Made by a program: the position numbers and the translations under genes
Notes under the pieces: generated by a model
Told to the model about the DNA's origin: nothing
Seen by the model: the letters and a program-made list of their open reading frames with translations, nothing else
The model's database searches: none
Shown: positions 26,193 to 35,416 of the stretch, piece by piece
How the letters are laid out: each line of letters opens with the position of its first letter
How positions within the stretch are numbered: the stretch's first letter is position 1
NCBI GenBank assembly: GCA_005881435.1
Contig: VBHP01000028.1
Span: 71,003-135,002 of the forward strand
Source of the DNA: Chloroflexota bacterium
Lineage (GTDB): Bacteria > Chloroflexota > Limnocylindria > P2-11E > CF-107
DNA length: 64,000 bases
Direction: 5' to 3'

Positions 26193-26301
26193 CATTAGGC
26201 TTGGTCTACCGCGCTAGCGAAGGACTCGGCGTCACCGCCGGATGTCATCTTAGCAGGATGCGTTCTTCAGGTCGAGGGTCGCTGTTCCGTAGCAACGGCC
26301 G

Positions 26302-26850
26302 CTAATCGCGGTGATCCCGCTCCCAGTCGCTTCTGAGGATCTCGCCCAGCCACAGGTCATGACGCCGTAAGCCGCGCCGGAAGACGCCGGGGATCCGACC
26401 CTGCTCGCGGTAGCCGATCTTCTCGTTCGCCTTTCGGCTGCCGATGTTGTCGTACACGATCCAGTTGTAGACCCGGTGCAAGTTCAGCTCGCGGAAGGCG
26501 AACTGGGTCCGCAGCCGGACAGCCTCGCTGGCGATGCCTCGTCCGTGCAGACCGTGCTCGCCAATGATGATGTAGGACTCGCCTTGACGACGGATCCAGT
26601 CGATGCCGTCGATGCCGCTGAAGCCGATGCTGCGGTCATCGAGCTGGATGGCCCAGTGGACGCCGTGCTCCTCCTTGGCCGATTCCTTGAATCGCTCCTC
26701 CGCCGAGGTTTCAGTCCACTTGCCCGCGCGCGGACCCCAGAAGTAGGTGATCTCGGGCTGTGCCGCCCAGACCGGATAGCGCTTGAAGTCCTCCAGTGTC
26801 GGTGGGGCCAGCGCCACGCCGTCGCGACCAGCGAGACGCGGCCCGAGCAC
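26302..26850 (-). CDS. RimJ/RimL-type GNAT acetyltransferase
   Basis: GRGIASEA...AFRELNLHRV...NIGSRK..EKIGY..QG. Confidence 0.88.
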   Translation of the reverse strand: MLGPRLAGRDGVALAPPTLEDFKRYPVWAAQPEITYFWGPRAGKWTETSAEERFKESAKEEHGVHWAIQLDDRSIGFSGIDGIDWIRRQGESYIIIGEHGLHGRGIASEAVRLRTQFAFRELNLHRVYNWIVYDNIGSRKANEKIGYREQGRIPGVFRRGLRRHDLWLGEILRSDWERDHRD

Positions 26851-27444
26851 TCAGACCGCCTGACGGACGCCGGCCGGACCGGCCGGATATTCAAGCTCGC
26901 TGGGGAAGCGCTTGCGGAATTCCTCGGCTCTGAGTATGCCGCGCCAGTCATCCCAGTAGCGACCGTGGTGATAGAAGACGTCGCGCCCGTGCCCGTACTC
27001 CACATAGCCGAGCCGTTCGGCGAGACGGCGTCCGGCGGTGTCGCTGCGGTACAGCCACACGTCGCCGAAATCCAAGCCGAGGTAGTCGACGAGGTAGCGA
27101 TGGAGCGCCCGAGCGGCGTCGCCTCCCAGACCACGCCGGCGCAGCTCCGGCGCGATGAAGAAGGTGTCGACCAACCAGGCGTCGGCCATCGGCGGCCACA
27201 TCAGACGAGCGGCGCAGTACCCGGCGTGGGCGCCATCGGCCTCCAGCTCCCAATGGATCAGGCCGCGATCCTTCGCCGTCTCCTTCAACCATTCCTTACG
27301 CTGCTCGAGCGAGTGCGGCTGCGGCCGGTGTGGTAGCCAGGTGGTCGAGTCGGCATCGGCGTGCCAGCGGGTGTGATCGGTGAGGTCGCTCTCCGTGGTG
27401 GTGCGGAGCGTCACACCCGTGCCCCTGACCGTTCCGCCGAGCAT
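26851..27444 (-). CDS. GNAT acetyltransferase (tandem paralog)
   Basis: IAPELRRRGLG motif; same overall layout as the neighbouring GNAT. Confidence 0.85.
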   Translation of the reverse strand: MLGGTVRGTGVTLRTTTESDLTDHTRWHADADSTTWLPHRPQPHSLEQRKEWLKETAKDRGLIHWELEADGAHAGYCAARLMWPPMADAWLVDTFFIAPELRRRGLGGDAARALHRYLVDYLGLDFGDVWLYRSDTAGRRLAERLGYVEYGHGRDVFYHHGRYWDDWRGILRAEEFRKRFPSELEYPAGPAGVRQAV

Positions 27445-27451
27445 CCTCGGA

Positions 27452-27754
27452 CTATCGCACGTAGCGGAAGCTCCGCGGAATCTTGTCGATGCCGAACGCA
27501 TCGATCGGTCTCGGCCGGCGGTACGCCTTCGGCGACGCGATCGGAAGCAACGTGCCGTCGGCGCCGGACCCCACCGGCTCGCCGAGGACGCATTCGCCGT
27601 GGACCGCGCCGGTGCCGGTGATCGCCAGATAGGCGCGCGCCGGCAGCCGCCGCGGCGGGAACCGGCGGACGTCGACGGCGCGCTTTCCAGACAGGATCGC
27701 GTCCGCGTTCTCGCGCGTCACCGCCAGGATCAGGTGGCTCTCGTATTTCGGCAT
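27452..27754 (-). CDS. ASCH/PUA-like domain protein
   Basis: ADAILSGKRAVDVRR...G.V.GE..L; GGAGG RBS. Confidence 0.7.
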   Translation of the reverse strand: MPKYESHLILAVTRENADAILSGKRAVDVRRFPPRRLPARAYLAITGTGAVHGECVLGEPVGSGADGTLLPIASPKAYRRPRPIDAFGIDKIPRSFRYVR

Positions 27755-27808
27755 CCATGACCTCCCACTCGGATCGACATCGGCGCCGGCTTGCCACAAT
27801 GTGCCGCC

Positions 27809-29215
27809 GTGCGCACCGCCGCCCCGCCGTACCTGGCGCCCCACGTCGATCGGCTGGAGGCCTACCAAAAGGAGTCCGGGCTCGATGGCTTCCTGCTCGG
27901 GACCGGACAGAAACTCGTCGCCGATCGCGGCATACATGCGCGGTATCGCGAGCTGAACGACGGCGCGCTGCTATCGCGCGCTCTCGAGCGCGAGGATCGC
28001 GTGTACGCGCGCGCGCTCCTCGGCGCGCATTTCAGCGCGGCGCTGCTGGAGGCGAGCGATCGGCTCCGCGCCGCGCAGCGCGAGATCACCGCCGAGCTCG
28101 ACGGCGGCCGGCTCACGCACGGGCAGCTGCTGGCCGCGTGGCGGCGCGCGCCGGACGCCGCCGCACGCGAGCGCGCGGCGACGGCGACCGATGCGGTGCT
28201 GCACCGGCTCACCGGCGAGCAGCAGCGCTGGCTCGAGGAGTACGCCAGGGTAAGGCGCGCGCTCGGGTTTGAGACGCAGGCCGCATTGATCCGCGCGCTG
28301 CACCCTGATGTCGACGCCTGGCTGGCGCACGTGCGGCAGTGGCTCGACGAAACGCGGGACGAGTTCGTCAGACGCTGGCGACGCTGGCGCGAGCGCGATG
28401 GCCTCTCGCACGCCAGGCTCCTCGACTCGCGGCTCGTCGCCAACTTCATTCCGCTGCCACACGACGCGAAGAGCGCGCCGGAGGCCATCCGCACGACCGC
28501 GACGACGTGGGGTTTCGGCGCCGTCGCCGAACGCATCCCGATCGACACCGATGTCCGTCCGGGCAAGGCGCCGACAGCGTTCTGCTCACGCATCGATCCG
28601 CCGCGCGACGTACGCGTGTCCTTTCAAGAGTCCGGGGTCGTCACCGACCACGTCACGCTGCTTCACGAGTTCGGCCACGCGCTGCACTTCTCGGTCGGTC
28701 CGGAGCGTCCCTTCGACATCTTCGGCGATTACCCGGCCATCACCGAAGCGTTCGGCATGGTGTTCGAGCGCGCCGCGGCGACGAGCGAGTGGTTCGAACG
28801 CTTCGTCGGTGTTCGCCTCGACGAGGACAGCCGCGAACGGGTCGCCTTCGACGACGCGGCCGTTCAGCGCCTGATCGCGGCGAGCGTTCTATACGAGTTC
28901 GCGGTGCACGAAGAGCGAGTCGAGCCAACGCGCGAGTACCCAGCCGTCTTTTCGCGTGAGTTCGACGTGACGGTCTCGCCGCTCGACGCGTACACCCGCC
29001 TGCAGTCCTATCTCGCCAGCCGTCCGTTTTATCCGCTGCTGTATCACCAGGCGTTCGCCATGACCGATGGCATGTGGCGCGATCTGGTCGAGGCGGCGGG
29101 TGCGCAATGGTTCCTCGGGGACGCCGCGCGCGAGCGGCTGACCGAACGGTTCCGCCTGAGCTGCGAGGTGGATCTCCCGGAATGGCTGGCGACGCTGGGG
29201 CTGCGGCTGCCCTAG
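27809..29215 (+). CDS. Gluzincin metallopeptidase (M3/M32-like)
   Basis: LLHEFGHALH plus downstream ITEAFG; DVRPGKAP.AFC. Confidence 0.8.
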   Translation: MRTAAPPYLAPHVDRLEAYQKESGLDGFLLGTGQKLVADRGIHARYRELNDGALLSRALEREDRVYARALLGAHFSAALLEASDRLRAAQREITAELDGGRLTHGQLLAAWRRAPDAAARERAATATDAVLHRLTGEQQRWLEEYARVRRALGFETQAALIRALHPDVDAWLAHVRQWLDETRDEFVRRWRRWRERDGLSHARLLDSRLVANFIPLPHDAKSAPEAIRTTATTWGFGAVAERIPIDTDVRPGKAPTAFCSRIDPPRDVRVSFQESGVVTDHVTLLHEFGHALHFSVGPERPFDIFGDYPAITEAFGMVFERAAATSEWFERFVGVRLDEDSRERVAFDDAAVQRLIAASVLYEFAVHEERVEPTREYPAVFSREFDVTVSPLDAYTRLQSYLASRPFYPLLYHQAFAMTDGMWRDLVEAAGAQWFLGDAARERLTERFRLSCEVDLPEWLATLGLRLP

Positions 29216-29913
29216 CTGGCGATGCCGAGCGTGCCGGTGAGCGATCGTGTGATCGCGCGCGCGCGACGGTCCGAGAGCGGCGAGCGGTTCCAGCCGCGCA
29301 GATGCTTCACCAGCATGTCCACGCCTTCGATGGCGGTGATCGTCGAGCCGACGATCTCGCTGATCCGGGCATATGGAAAGAAGACCAGCGATTCGACCGG
29401 CGTGCGGACGAAGCCGCTGTCGGCCACGTCCGACTTCAGCCGAGCCGCTTTCCAGCGGACGACGCGAGTCGGCGATACCGGGAAGCGCCACGCGGTCGAG
29501 CCGTGCCTGCGGTACCAGACGTCGTCGTAGCACGCGACCTCGCCGGCGAATTCGCAGACCTCGATGGCGAACACGCCGGTCGGTCCAACGACGACGAGAT
29601 CGATGTCGAGCTCGACGCCGTCGTGCGGGACGTATGCGGCCATCACCGCGAATTCCTCGCCGGCACTCTGCTGCAGCTCCGCGCCGAGCCGCCGGAGCCG
29701 CCCGTCGCGGGCGAGCTTCGGCAGCGCGCGGATCAGGAGCAGGATCCCGGCGGCCAGTGAGCCGACGGGCAGGATGTCGGTTAGCGGCGCCAGCGACAGC
29801 TCCGATACGAAGCCGGCCGCCAGCGAGCCGCCACCCACCAGCGCCAGACCGGCGCGAAGGGGTAGCCGCCAGCCGCGCGACGGCAGGCTCAAACGCGACG
29901 CCAGACCGAGCAT
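29212..29913 (-). CDS. NERD-domain membrane protein
   Basis: Two TM helices then DIDLVVVGPTGVFAIEV. Confidence 0.8.
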   Translation of the reverse strand: MLGLASRLSLPSRGWRLPLRAGLALVGGGSLAAGFVSELSLAPLTDILPVGSLAAGILLLIRALPKLARDGRLRRLGAELQQSAGEEFAVMAAYVPHDGVELDIDLVVVGPTGVFAIEVCEFAGEVACYDDVWYRRHGSTAWRFPVSPTRVVRWKAARLKSDVADSGFVRTPVESLVFFPYARISEIVGSTITAIEGVDMLVKHLRGWNRSPLSDRRARAITRSLTGTLGIAS

Positions 29914-29916
29914 TTG

Positions 29917-30822
29917 CTAGGAGAACGCGGGAAGCTCTCCCAGGGCACGGCGAAGCGACCCGTTCGCAACCGCCAGACGCCGTTCGGCCTCGGCGCGGTC
30001 GATACCTGCCCGCACCATCAGGATCGCCGGCTTCAACGCCCATCCGGTGGCCTCCAGGGCCGCTCGCGCGCGACCGTCGTCGGCGCCGGTGGTCTCGCGA
30101 AGGATGCGCAGCGCGCGATCGCGAAGCTTCGCGTTCACCGCGCGGAGATCGACCATCAGATCGCCGTACGTCTTGTTGAGCCGGACCATCGACGCGGTCG
30201 TGAGCATGTTGAGGACGAGCTTCTCGGCGGTGCCGCTCTTTAATCGCGTCGATCCGGCGATGACTTCGGGTCCGACTTGCGGCGCGATGACGACGGCGAC
30301 GCCCTCGATCATCGGCGCGGTGGCGTTGCACGTCAGGGCGATGGTGTACGCGCCCGCGGCCTTCGCCCGCACCAGCGCGCCGCGCACATACGGCGTCCGC
30401 CCGCCGGCGCTGATGCCGACGACCGCGTCGTTCGGCCCGACGCCGAGGGCGTCGAGCGCCTTCGTGGCAGCGTCGGCGTCGTCCTCGGCGCCTTCGATGG
30501 AACGACGCAGCGCGTCGTCGCCGCCGGCGATGATGCCGACGACCATCGTCGGCGGCACGCCGAAGGTCGGCGGGGCCTCTGAAGCGTCGAGCACGCCCAA
30601 CCGTCCCGACGTCCCGGCGCCGACGTACAGCAGCCGGCCGCCGGCGCGGAATTGCTCGACGATGCCGTCGACGGCGCGGGCGATGTCGTCGAGACAGGCG
30701 CGCACCGCGGAGGGCACCCCGGCATCTTCGTCGTTCATCAGCGCCACGACGTCCTTCGTCGAGAGCAGGTCGAGCTCTCGCGCACGCTGGTTGCGCCGCT
30801 CGGTTGGCGGAAGATCGGTCAT
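29917..30822 (-). CDS. murQ: N-acetylmuramate-6-phosphate etherase
   Basis: TERRN, GAGTSGRLGVLDASE, GPEVIAGSTRLKSGTAEK, N.KLRDRA. Confidence 0.96.
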   Translation of the reverse strand: MTDLPPTERRNQRARELDLLSTKDVVALMNDEDAGVPSAVRACLDDIARAVDGIVEQFRAGGRLLYVGAGTSGRLGVLDASEAPPTFGVPPTMVVGIIAGGDDALRRSIEGAEDDADAATKALDALGVGPNDAVVGISAGGRTPYVRGALVRAKAAGAYTIALTCNATAPMIEGVAVVIAPQVGPEVIAGSTRLKSGTAEKLVLNMLTTASMVRLNKTYGDLMVDLRAVNAKLRDRALRILRETTGADDGRARAALEATGWALKPAILMVRAGIDRAEAERRLAVANGSLRRALGELPAFS

Positions 30823-30871
30823 CGGCGCTGGCATAACGCTGGCAGCGGATGCCCGCAACTGGAGGTGCGAG

Positions 30872-31255
30872 ATGCCGAGAGAGCGAGGCCGGGACGAGTT
30901 GCCCTCGACGATCGAGCGATCGCCGGCCCATGCGCAGCACATCTGGATCAAGGCGCACGACAGCGCGATCAAGACCTATGGCGAGGGACGCCGCGCGCAC
31001 ATGGTCGCGTTCGCGGCGCTGAAACACATGTACCGCAAGGTGGAGGACCGTTGGGTGCGTAAGGCGCGACCCGGGCCGTCGGATCCGCAGGCGGCGCGTG
31101 GACCGACGACGCCGAAGAAGTCGACCGACCCGCATCGCCTACCGACGGCCGGCGGCAAGATCGCGAGGACCGTCGCCGAAGCGCGACGGAAGGCACGAGA
31201 AGCGAAACGCGAGTACGCGCGCGACTACCGCCGCCGGAAGAAGCGGGCCGCCTAG
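30872..31255 (+). CDS. chaB: ChaB-family protein
   Basis: ELPSTIERSP.HAQ..W.KAHDSA..TYGE..RAH.VAFAALKH; GGAGG RBS. Confidence 0.8.
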   Translation: MPRERGRDELPSTIERSPAHAQHIWIKAHDSAIKTYGEGRRAHMVAFAALKHMYRKVEDRWVRKARPGPSDPQAARGPTTPKKSTDPHRLPTAGGKIARTVAEARRKAREAKREYARDYRRRKKRAA

Positions 31256-32379
31256 GGTCGATACACCGCGCCAGCGATGACCGCGCGTCTCGCGCCGGTG
31301 CAACGCGGCAGCGTGTTCGGCTCGCCGCGGATCGCGAATGCGCCGAGGATCGCGAAGGCCAGAGCCTCGCGCGCTTGCGCCGGAACGCCGAGATCGTCGG
31401 AGAGCATGAGCCGCACCGCACCGAGCGACTCGCCGAGCATTCGCAACAGCGTCGGGTTTCGCGCGCCGCCGCCCGCGACGATGACCTCGTCGATCCGCGT
31501 CGCCACGAAACGTCGCAAGGCCTCGGCGATCGAGCGCGCCGCAAGTGCCGTCGCCGTTGCCACCAGATCCTCCGGCGCCAGACCGCGACCGTGGTCCATC
31601 ACGTCGTCGGCGTAGTCGGCGCCGAACATCTCGCGGCCGGTGGACTTCGGCGGCGTGCGCGCGAAGTACTCGTGCGACAGCGCGCGCTCCAAGAGCGACA
31701 CGTCGACCGTTCCCTGGGCGGCGAGCGCGCCGCCGGCGTCATACGTCTGGCGCCGCTCGGTCACGCGCGCGATGACGGCATCGATGACCATGTTGCCGGG
31801 CCCGGTATCGAAGGCGATCACGTCGTCGCGGCCGGCGTTCGCCGGCAGGACGGTGACGTTGGCGATCCCGCCGACGTTGAGGATGGCCCGCGACCGTTTG
31901 CCATCGGTGAAGACAACCCAGTCTCCGAACGGCACCAGCGGCGCACCCTCACCGCCGGCGGCCATGTCGGCGCTGCGAAAGTCGGTGACGACCGCGACAC
32001 GAAGTGCCTCCGCGACGCGCGCGGCGTCGACGAGCTGCAGCGTGGCTCGCGGACGCTCGTCCGGAAGGTGCGCCACCGTCTGCCCGTGCGTCGCGACGGC
32101 CGCGACGTCGTCGAGCGCGAGCGCGGCCTGATTCGCGCACGCCAGCGCGGCATCGGCATGCTCCTCGCCGATGCGAACACGCAGCCGCGCGATGTCCGCG
32201 GCGGTGAGACTCTCACCCTCGCCGGCGGCGAGGATCGCGCCGCGCAGCGGCGCCGGGTAGTCGCGATGCGAGTGCGCGATGAGACGGACGCGTGGTCGCG
32301 GGCGCTCGTCGCCGACCTCGACCGCGGCGGCATCGACGCCGTCCGCCGACGTGCCCGACATCAGACCGATGACGATCAC
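31252..32379 (-). CDS. anmK: Anhydro-N-acetylmuramic acid kinase
   Basis: IGLMSGTSADGVD, HGQT, DFR..D.AAGGEGAPL, NVGGIAN, FDTGPGN, PKSTGRE. Confidence 0.96.
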   Translation of the reverse strand: MIVIGLMSGTSADGVDAAAVEVGDERPRPRVRLIAHSHRDYPAPLRGAILAAGEGESLTAADIARLRVRIGEEHADAALACANQAALALDDVAAVATHGQTVAHLPDERPRATLQLVDAARVAEALRVAVVTDFRSADMAAGGEGAPLVPFGDWVVFTDGKRSRAILNVGGIANVTVLPANAGRDDVIAFDTGPGNMVIDAVIARVTERRQTYDAGGALAAQGTVDVSLLERALSHEYFARTPPKSTGREMFGADYADDVMDHGRGLAPEDLVATATALAARSIAEALRRFVATRIDEVIVAGGGARNPTLLRMLGESLGAVRLMLSDDLGVPAQAREALAFAILGAFAIRGEPNTLPRCTGARRAVIAGAVYRP

Positions 32380-32397
32380 GTCGCTCAGTCTGGACGC

Positions 32398-33153
32398 TTA
32401 GGCGGCGGCTGGCTTCCGGGCGCGGATGTAGGCGCTCGCGATCTTCTCCTCGGACTGGGGGACGCCAATCTCGCGCGTGATCTCGAACTCGATGTCGGCG
32501 AAGCCGGCCTTCTCGAGCGCCTGACGATAGTCCGCGACGGTGATCGTCCCGGAGATGCACCCGGCCCACAGATCCAGCTGGCGTTTGAGGAACGGCGAGA
32601 TCTCGTTCAGCGCGACCATGTCGGCGACGGCGAAGCGCCCGTTCGGGCGCAGGACGCGGAAGGCCTCACGCAGCACGGCGGTCTTGTCGGCTGCGAGGTT
32701 GATGACGCAATTGGAGATCACCACGTCGACAGCCGCATCGGGCAGGGGAATCTCCTCGATGGTGCCCTTCAGGAACGTGGCGTTGCCTAGCCCGCTCTTG
32801 CGCTGATTGTCACGCGACAGCGAGAGCATTTCGTCGGTCATGTCCACGCCGAACGCGTGACCGCCCGGTGACACGCGTCGTGCCGACAGGAGCACATCCA
32901 ACCCCGCGCCGCTGCCAAGATCGAGCACGGCTTCACCAGGGCGCAGGTCCGCGAGCAAGGTCGGGTTGCCGCACCCGAGGCTGGCCTTGGGGTCGAAACC
33001 CACGCTGGCCAGCTCCGCCGCGCTGTACCCGCACCCCGCGCTGTCGCTGATCTCGCCGCAGCAGTCGGAATCGCAGCAGCCGGACCCCCCGCCCGCGATG
33101 TTCAGCGCGCGTTCGGTGTACTTGTCGCGGACGGCGTCACGCAGCTCGTTCAT
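32398..33153 (-). CDS. arsM: Arsenite S-adenosylmethyltransferase
   Basis: SLGCGNP, LDLGSGAG.D, ISNCVINL, WAGCISG; Cys-rich N-terminus. Confidence 0.93.
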   Translation of the reverse strand: MNELRDAVRDKYTERALNIAGGGSGCCDSDCCGEISDSAGCGYSAAELASVGFDPKASLGCGNPTLLADLRPGEAVLDLGSGAGLDVLLSARRVSPGGHAFGVDMTDEMLSLSRDNQRKSGLGNATFLKGTIEEIPLPDAAVDVVISNCVINLAADKTAVLREAFRVLRPNGRFAVADMVALNEISPFLKRQLDLWAGCISGTITVADYRQALEKAGFADIEFEITREIGVPQSEEKIASAYIRARKPAAA

Positions 33154-33162
33154 CGCGTCTCC

Positions 33163-33258
33163 TTAGCAACAGCCATCGCAATCGTCGCCGCAGCCCTCGC
33201 AGCAGCAATCCCCGCAGCAGTCCTGGGGCACCGCGCTCGCGACCGTGTTCTCGTCCAT
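33163..33258 (-). CDS. 31-aa Cys-rich metallothionein-like peptide MDENTVASAVPQDCCGDCCCEGCGDDCDGCC
   Basis: GGAGG RBS; 9 Cys; its TAA overlaps the AAGGAG RBS of arsM. Confidence 0.85.
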   Translation of the reverse strand: MDENTVASAVPQDCCGDCCCEGCGDDCDGCC

Positions 33259-33287
33259 GACCAACCTCCCAGCAACCAATAGATGAT

Positions 33288-33332
33288 TGTCGATGGGAAA
33301 CAGTGGCGGACCCATCGACAGTTGTCAATGGG
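33288..33332. promoter_or_regulatory. ArsR/SmtB-type operator repeats
   Basis: CCCATCGACA-GT-TGTCAATGGG (33311-33332) plus another TGTCGATGGG half-site (33288-33297), between divergent genes. Confidence 0.75.
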
Positions 33333-33350
33333 TAACATAGACTGCAAGAC

Positions 33351-33695
33351 GTGGCCAAACCCAGCATCCTCCCCGAGCGCGAACGTGGCGTGTGCTGCAC
33401 CGTCGAGCTCGAGCTGCCGCAGTCCCGAGCGGACGAGGTCGTGACGGTGCTGAAGGCACTGGCCGATCCGACCCGGGTGCAGATGGTGCTCGCGCTGCGG
33501 CAAGCGTCCGAGCCAGCCTGTATCTGCGACTTCACCGCGACGTTCAAGCTCTCGCAGCCGACGGTCTCGCATCACATGAAGAAGCTACGCGACGCCGGGC
33601 TGGTCGAGGCCAGCCGCAAGGGCATCTGGACCTACTACCGCTTGCGCCCGCATCTGTCGGAACGCGTCCGCCGCATCATCGACGCCCTGGCTTAG
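33351..33695 (+). CDS. arsR: ArsR/SmtB-family repressor
   Basis: KALADPTR, ACICDF, LSQPTVSHHMKKL..AGLV; N-terminal CC; TAGACT 7 nt before the GTG. Confidence 0.92.
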   Translation: MAKPSILPERERGVCCTVELELPQSRADEVVTVLKALADPTRVQMVLALRQASEPACICDFTATFKLSQPTVSHHMKKLRDAGLVEASRKGIWTYYRLRPHLSERVRRIIDALA

Positions 33696-34381
33696 CGCGC
33701 CTTCGGCAGGACCTTCGTCTTCTTCGGATAGGGACAGAGGTCGCGCACGACGCACTCGGGACAGCGCGGTGTCGGGGTGCAGGTGCGCCGGCCGTGGAGC
33801 ACCAGGCACCACGTCGCCTTGACCCAATCCTTTTTCGGGAAGCGCGCGGCGATGGCGTCCTCGATCTTGACCGGATCGTCGGCCTTGACGAAGCCAAGCC
33901 GCTGCGCCACGCGCGCGACGTGACGGTCGACTGCGACCGAAGGCACCCCGTACGCGGCGCCGACGACGATGGAGGCGGTCTTCCGTCCGACGCCGTAGAG
34001 CTCGGTGAGACGCTCCACCTCGGGCGGCACGTCGCCGCCGAATTTCTCGAGCACGCCCTGTGACATGAGCTTCACTGCCTTGGCCTTGTTGCGAAAGAAG
34101 CCCAACGAGTGCACGTCCTTCTCCAGCTCCGCCTGCGGCGCGTTGATGTACGCGGTCGGTCCGACGTATTTCTTGAACAGGTCGACCGTGACCCGGTTCA
34201 CGCTCTCATCGGTGGCCTGGGCCGCGAGGATCGTCGCCACCAGGAGTTCGAAGGGCGTGGAGAAGCGGAGCGTCGGTCCCCAATCGGGATAGGCCTTCGC
34301 CAGGCGTCGCAGGATCGTGGCGGCGCGCCGCTTCTCTTCCGGCGCGGGCGGCTTCGCGACCGCCTTCTTCTTGGCGCTCAT
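33692..34381 (-). CDS. nth: Endonuclease III
   Basis: PFELLVATILAAQATD, HhH LYGVGRKTA, VDRHV, C-terminal 4-Cys cluster motif. Confidence 0.95.
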   Translation of the reverse strand: MSAKKKAVAKPPAPEEKRRAATILRRLAKAYPDWGPTLRFSTPFELLVATILAAQATDESVNRVTVDLFKKYVGPTAYINAPQAELEKDVHSLGFFRNKAKAVKLMSQGVLEKFGGDVPPEVERLTELYGVGRKTASIVVGAAYGVPSVAVDRHVARVAQRLGFVKADDPVKIEDAIAARFPKKDWVKATWCLVLHGRRTCTPTPRCPECVVRDLCPYPKKTKVLPKAR

Positions 34382-35388
34382 CCAGCAATGGACTCGTGCA
34401 CGGCGATGCGGAAACGATAGGGATCGCGGTCGCGGCCGTAATAGAGGCTATTCGTCAGCAGCACCACGAGCAGGTCCTTTTCCGGGTCGTACCACACGCT
34501 CGTCCCGGTGAAGCCGGTGTGACCGATGGACGACAGCGAGAATCGCTCGGAGCAGTTCGGACCCACCGGCGGGCGCAGCACCAGACCCAGACCGCGGCGC
34601 ATGTTCGGACCGACGGCCTGCTCCCGACGCGCCTCGGTCGCGAGCGCCTCGCCGATGACCGCGCCACGACTGAACACCGGCATGAGCCTGGCGTATCCGG
34701 CGGCAGTCCCGAACATTCCGGCGTGCCCCGAGACGCCGCCCATGGCGAACGCGTTCTCGTCGTGCACCTCGCCGCGGATGCGCCGTTTCCGCCACGAAGC
34801 ATCGAACTCCGTCGCCGCGCAGGCCGTGGCGTCGGGCGGGTTGTAGAAAAGTTCGGCCTCGTTGATCCCGAGCGGGCGCAGGACTCGGTCGGCGAGGAGC
34901 TCCGGGTATGGCTTGCCGCCAAGGCGCGCCAGGGCGACGGCCAGCATGATGAAACCGAGGTCGCTGTAGGCGTAGCCGCGTCCCGGCGGATAGGCCAGCT
35001 CCTCCTTCGCCGCGAGCGTCGCGACCGCGTCCATGCCGCTCGCCACCTTGTAGTAATCGCGATGCCAGGCCAGGCCGGCGGTGTGCGTCAGCACCTGTCG
35101 CAGCGTCGAGCGCGGATCGAGGAAGCTCGGCATGAGCCTCTGGAACGGATCGTCCAGTCCGATCGCGCCGTCGCGGACGTACGACAGCATCAGTGCCGTC
35201 GTGGCGAGCTTGGTCAGCGAGGCCAGGTCGAAGATCGCGCTCACGGCGCAGGGCTCGCCGGTGTCAGGATCGAGGGTTCCCGCCGCGTACGACTCGGTCG
35301 TGCCGCCGCGTTCGACGCGAACGACGCAGGCGGTGCAGACGGTGCCGATCGCGGCGTCGATGATCGGTCTCGCGCGCTCCAGCAACAC
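34378..35388 (-). CDS. Beta-lactamase-like serine hydrolase (AmiE-like)
   Basis: FDLASLTK (SxxK), YSDLGF, VHDENA...GVSGHAGMF, GHTGFTGT; TATCGT 6 nt before GTG35388. Confidence 0.9.
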   Translation of the reverse strand: MLLERARPIIDAAIGTVCTACVVRVERGGTTESYAAGTLDPDTGEPCAVSAIFDLASLTKLATTALMLSYVRDGAIGLDDPFQRLMPSFLDPRSTLRQVLTHTAGLAWHRDYYKVASGMDAVATLAAKEELAYPPGRGYAYSDLGFIMLAVALARLGGKPYPELLADRVLRPLGINEAELFYNPPDATACAATEFDASWRKRRIRGEVHDENAFAMGGVSGHAGMFGTAAGYARLMPVFSRGAVIGEALATEARREQAVGPNMRRGLGLVLRPPVGPNCSERFSLSSIGHTGFTGTSVWYDPEKDLLVVLLTNSLYYGRDRDPYRFRIAVHESIAG

Positions 35389-35416
35389 GCGCGAACGATA
35401 TCGACTGGCTACGCTC

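Noticed and set aside
31252-34381. The ars module as a mobile insertion in the murein-salvage region
   Set aside because: No transposase, integrase, flanking repeats or obvious compositional shift.
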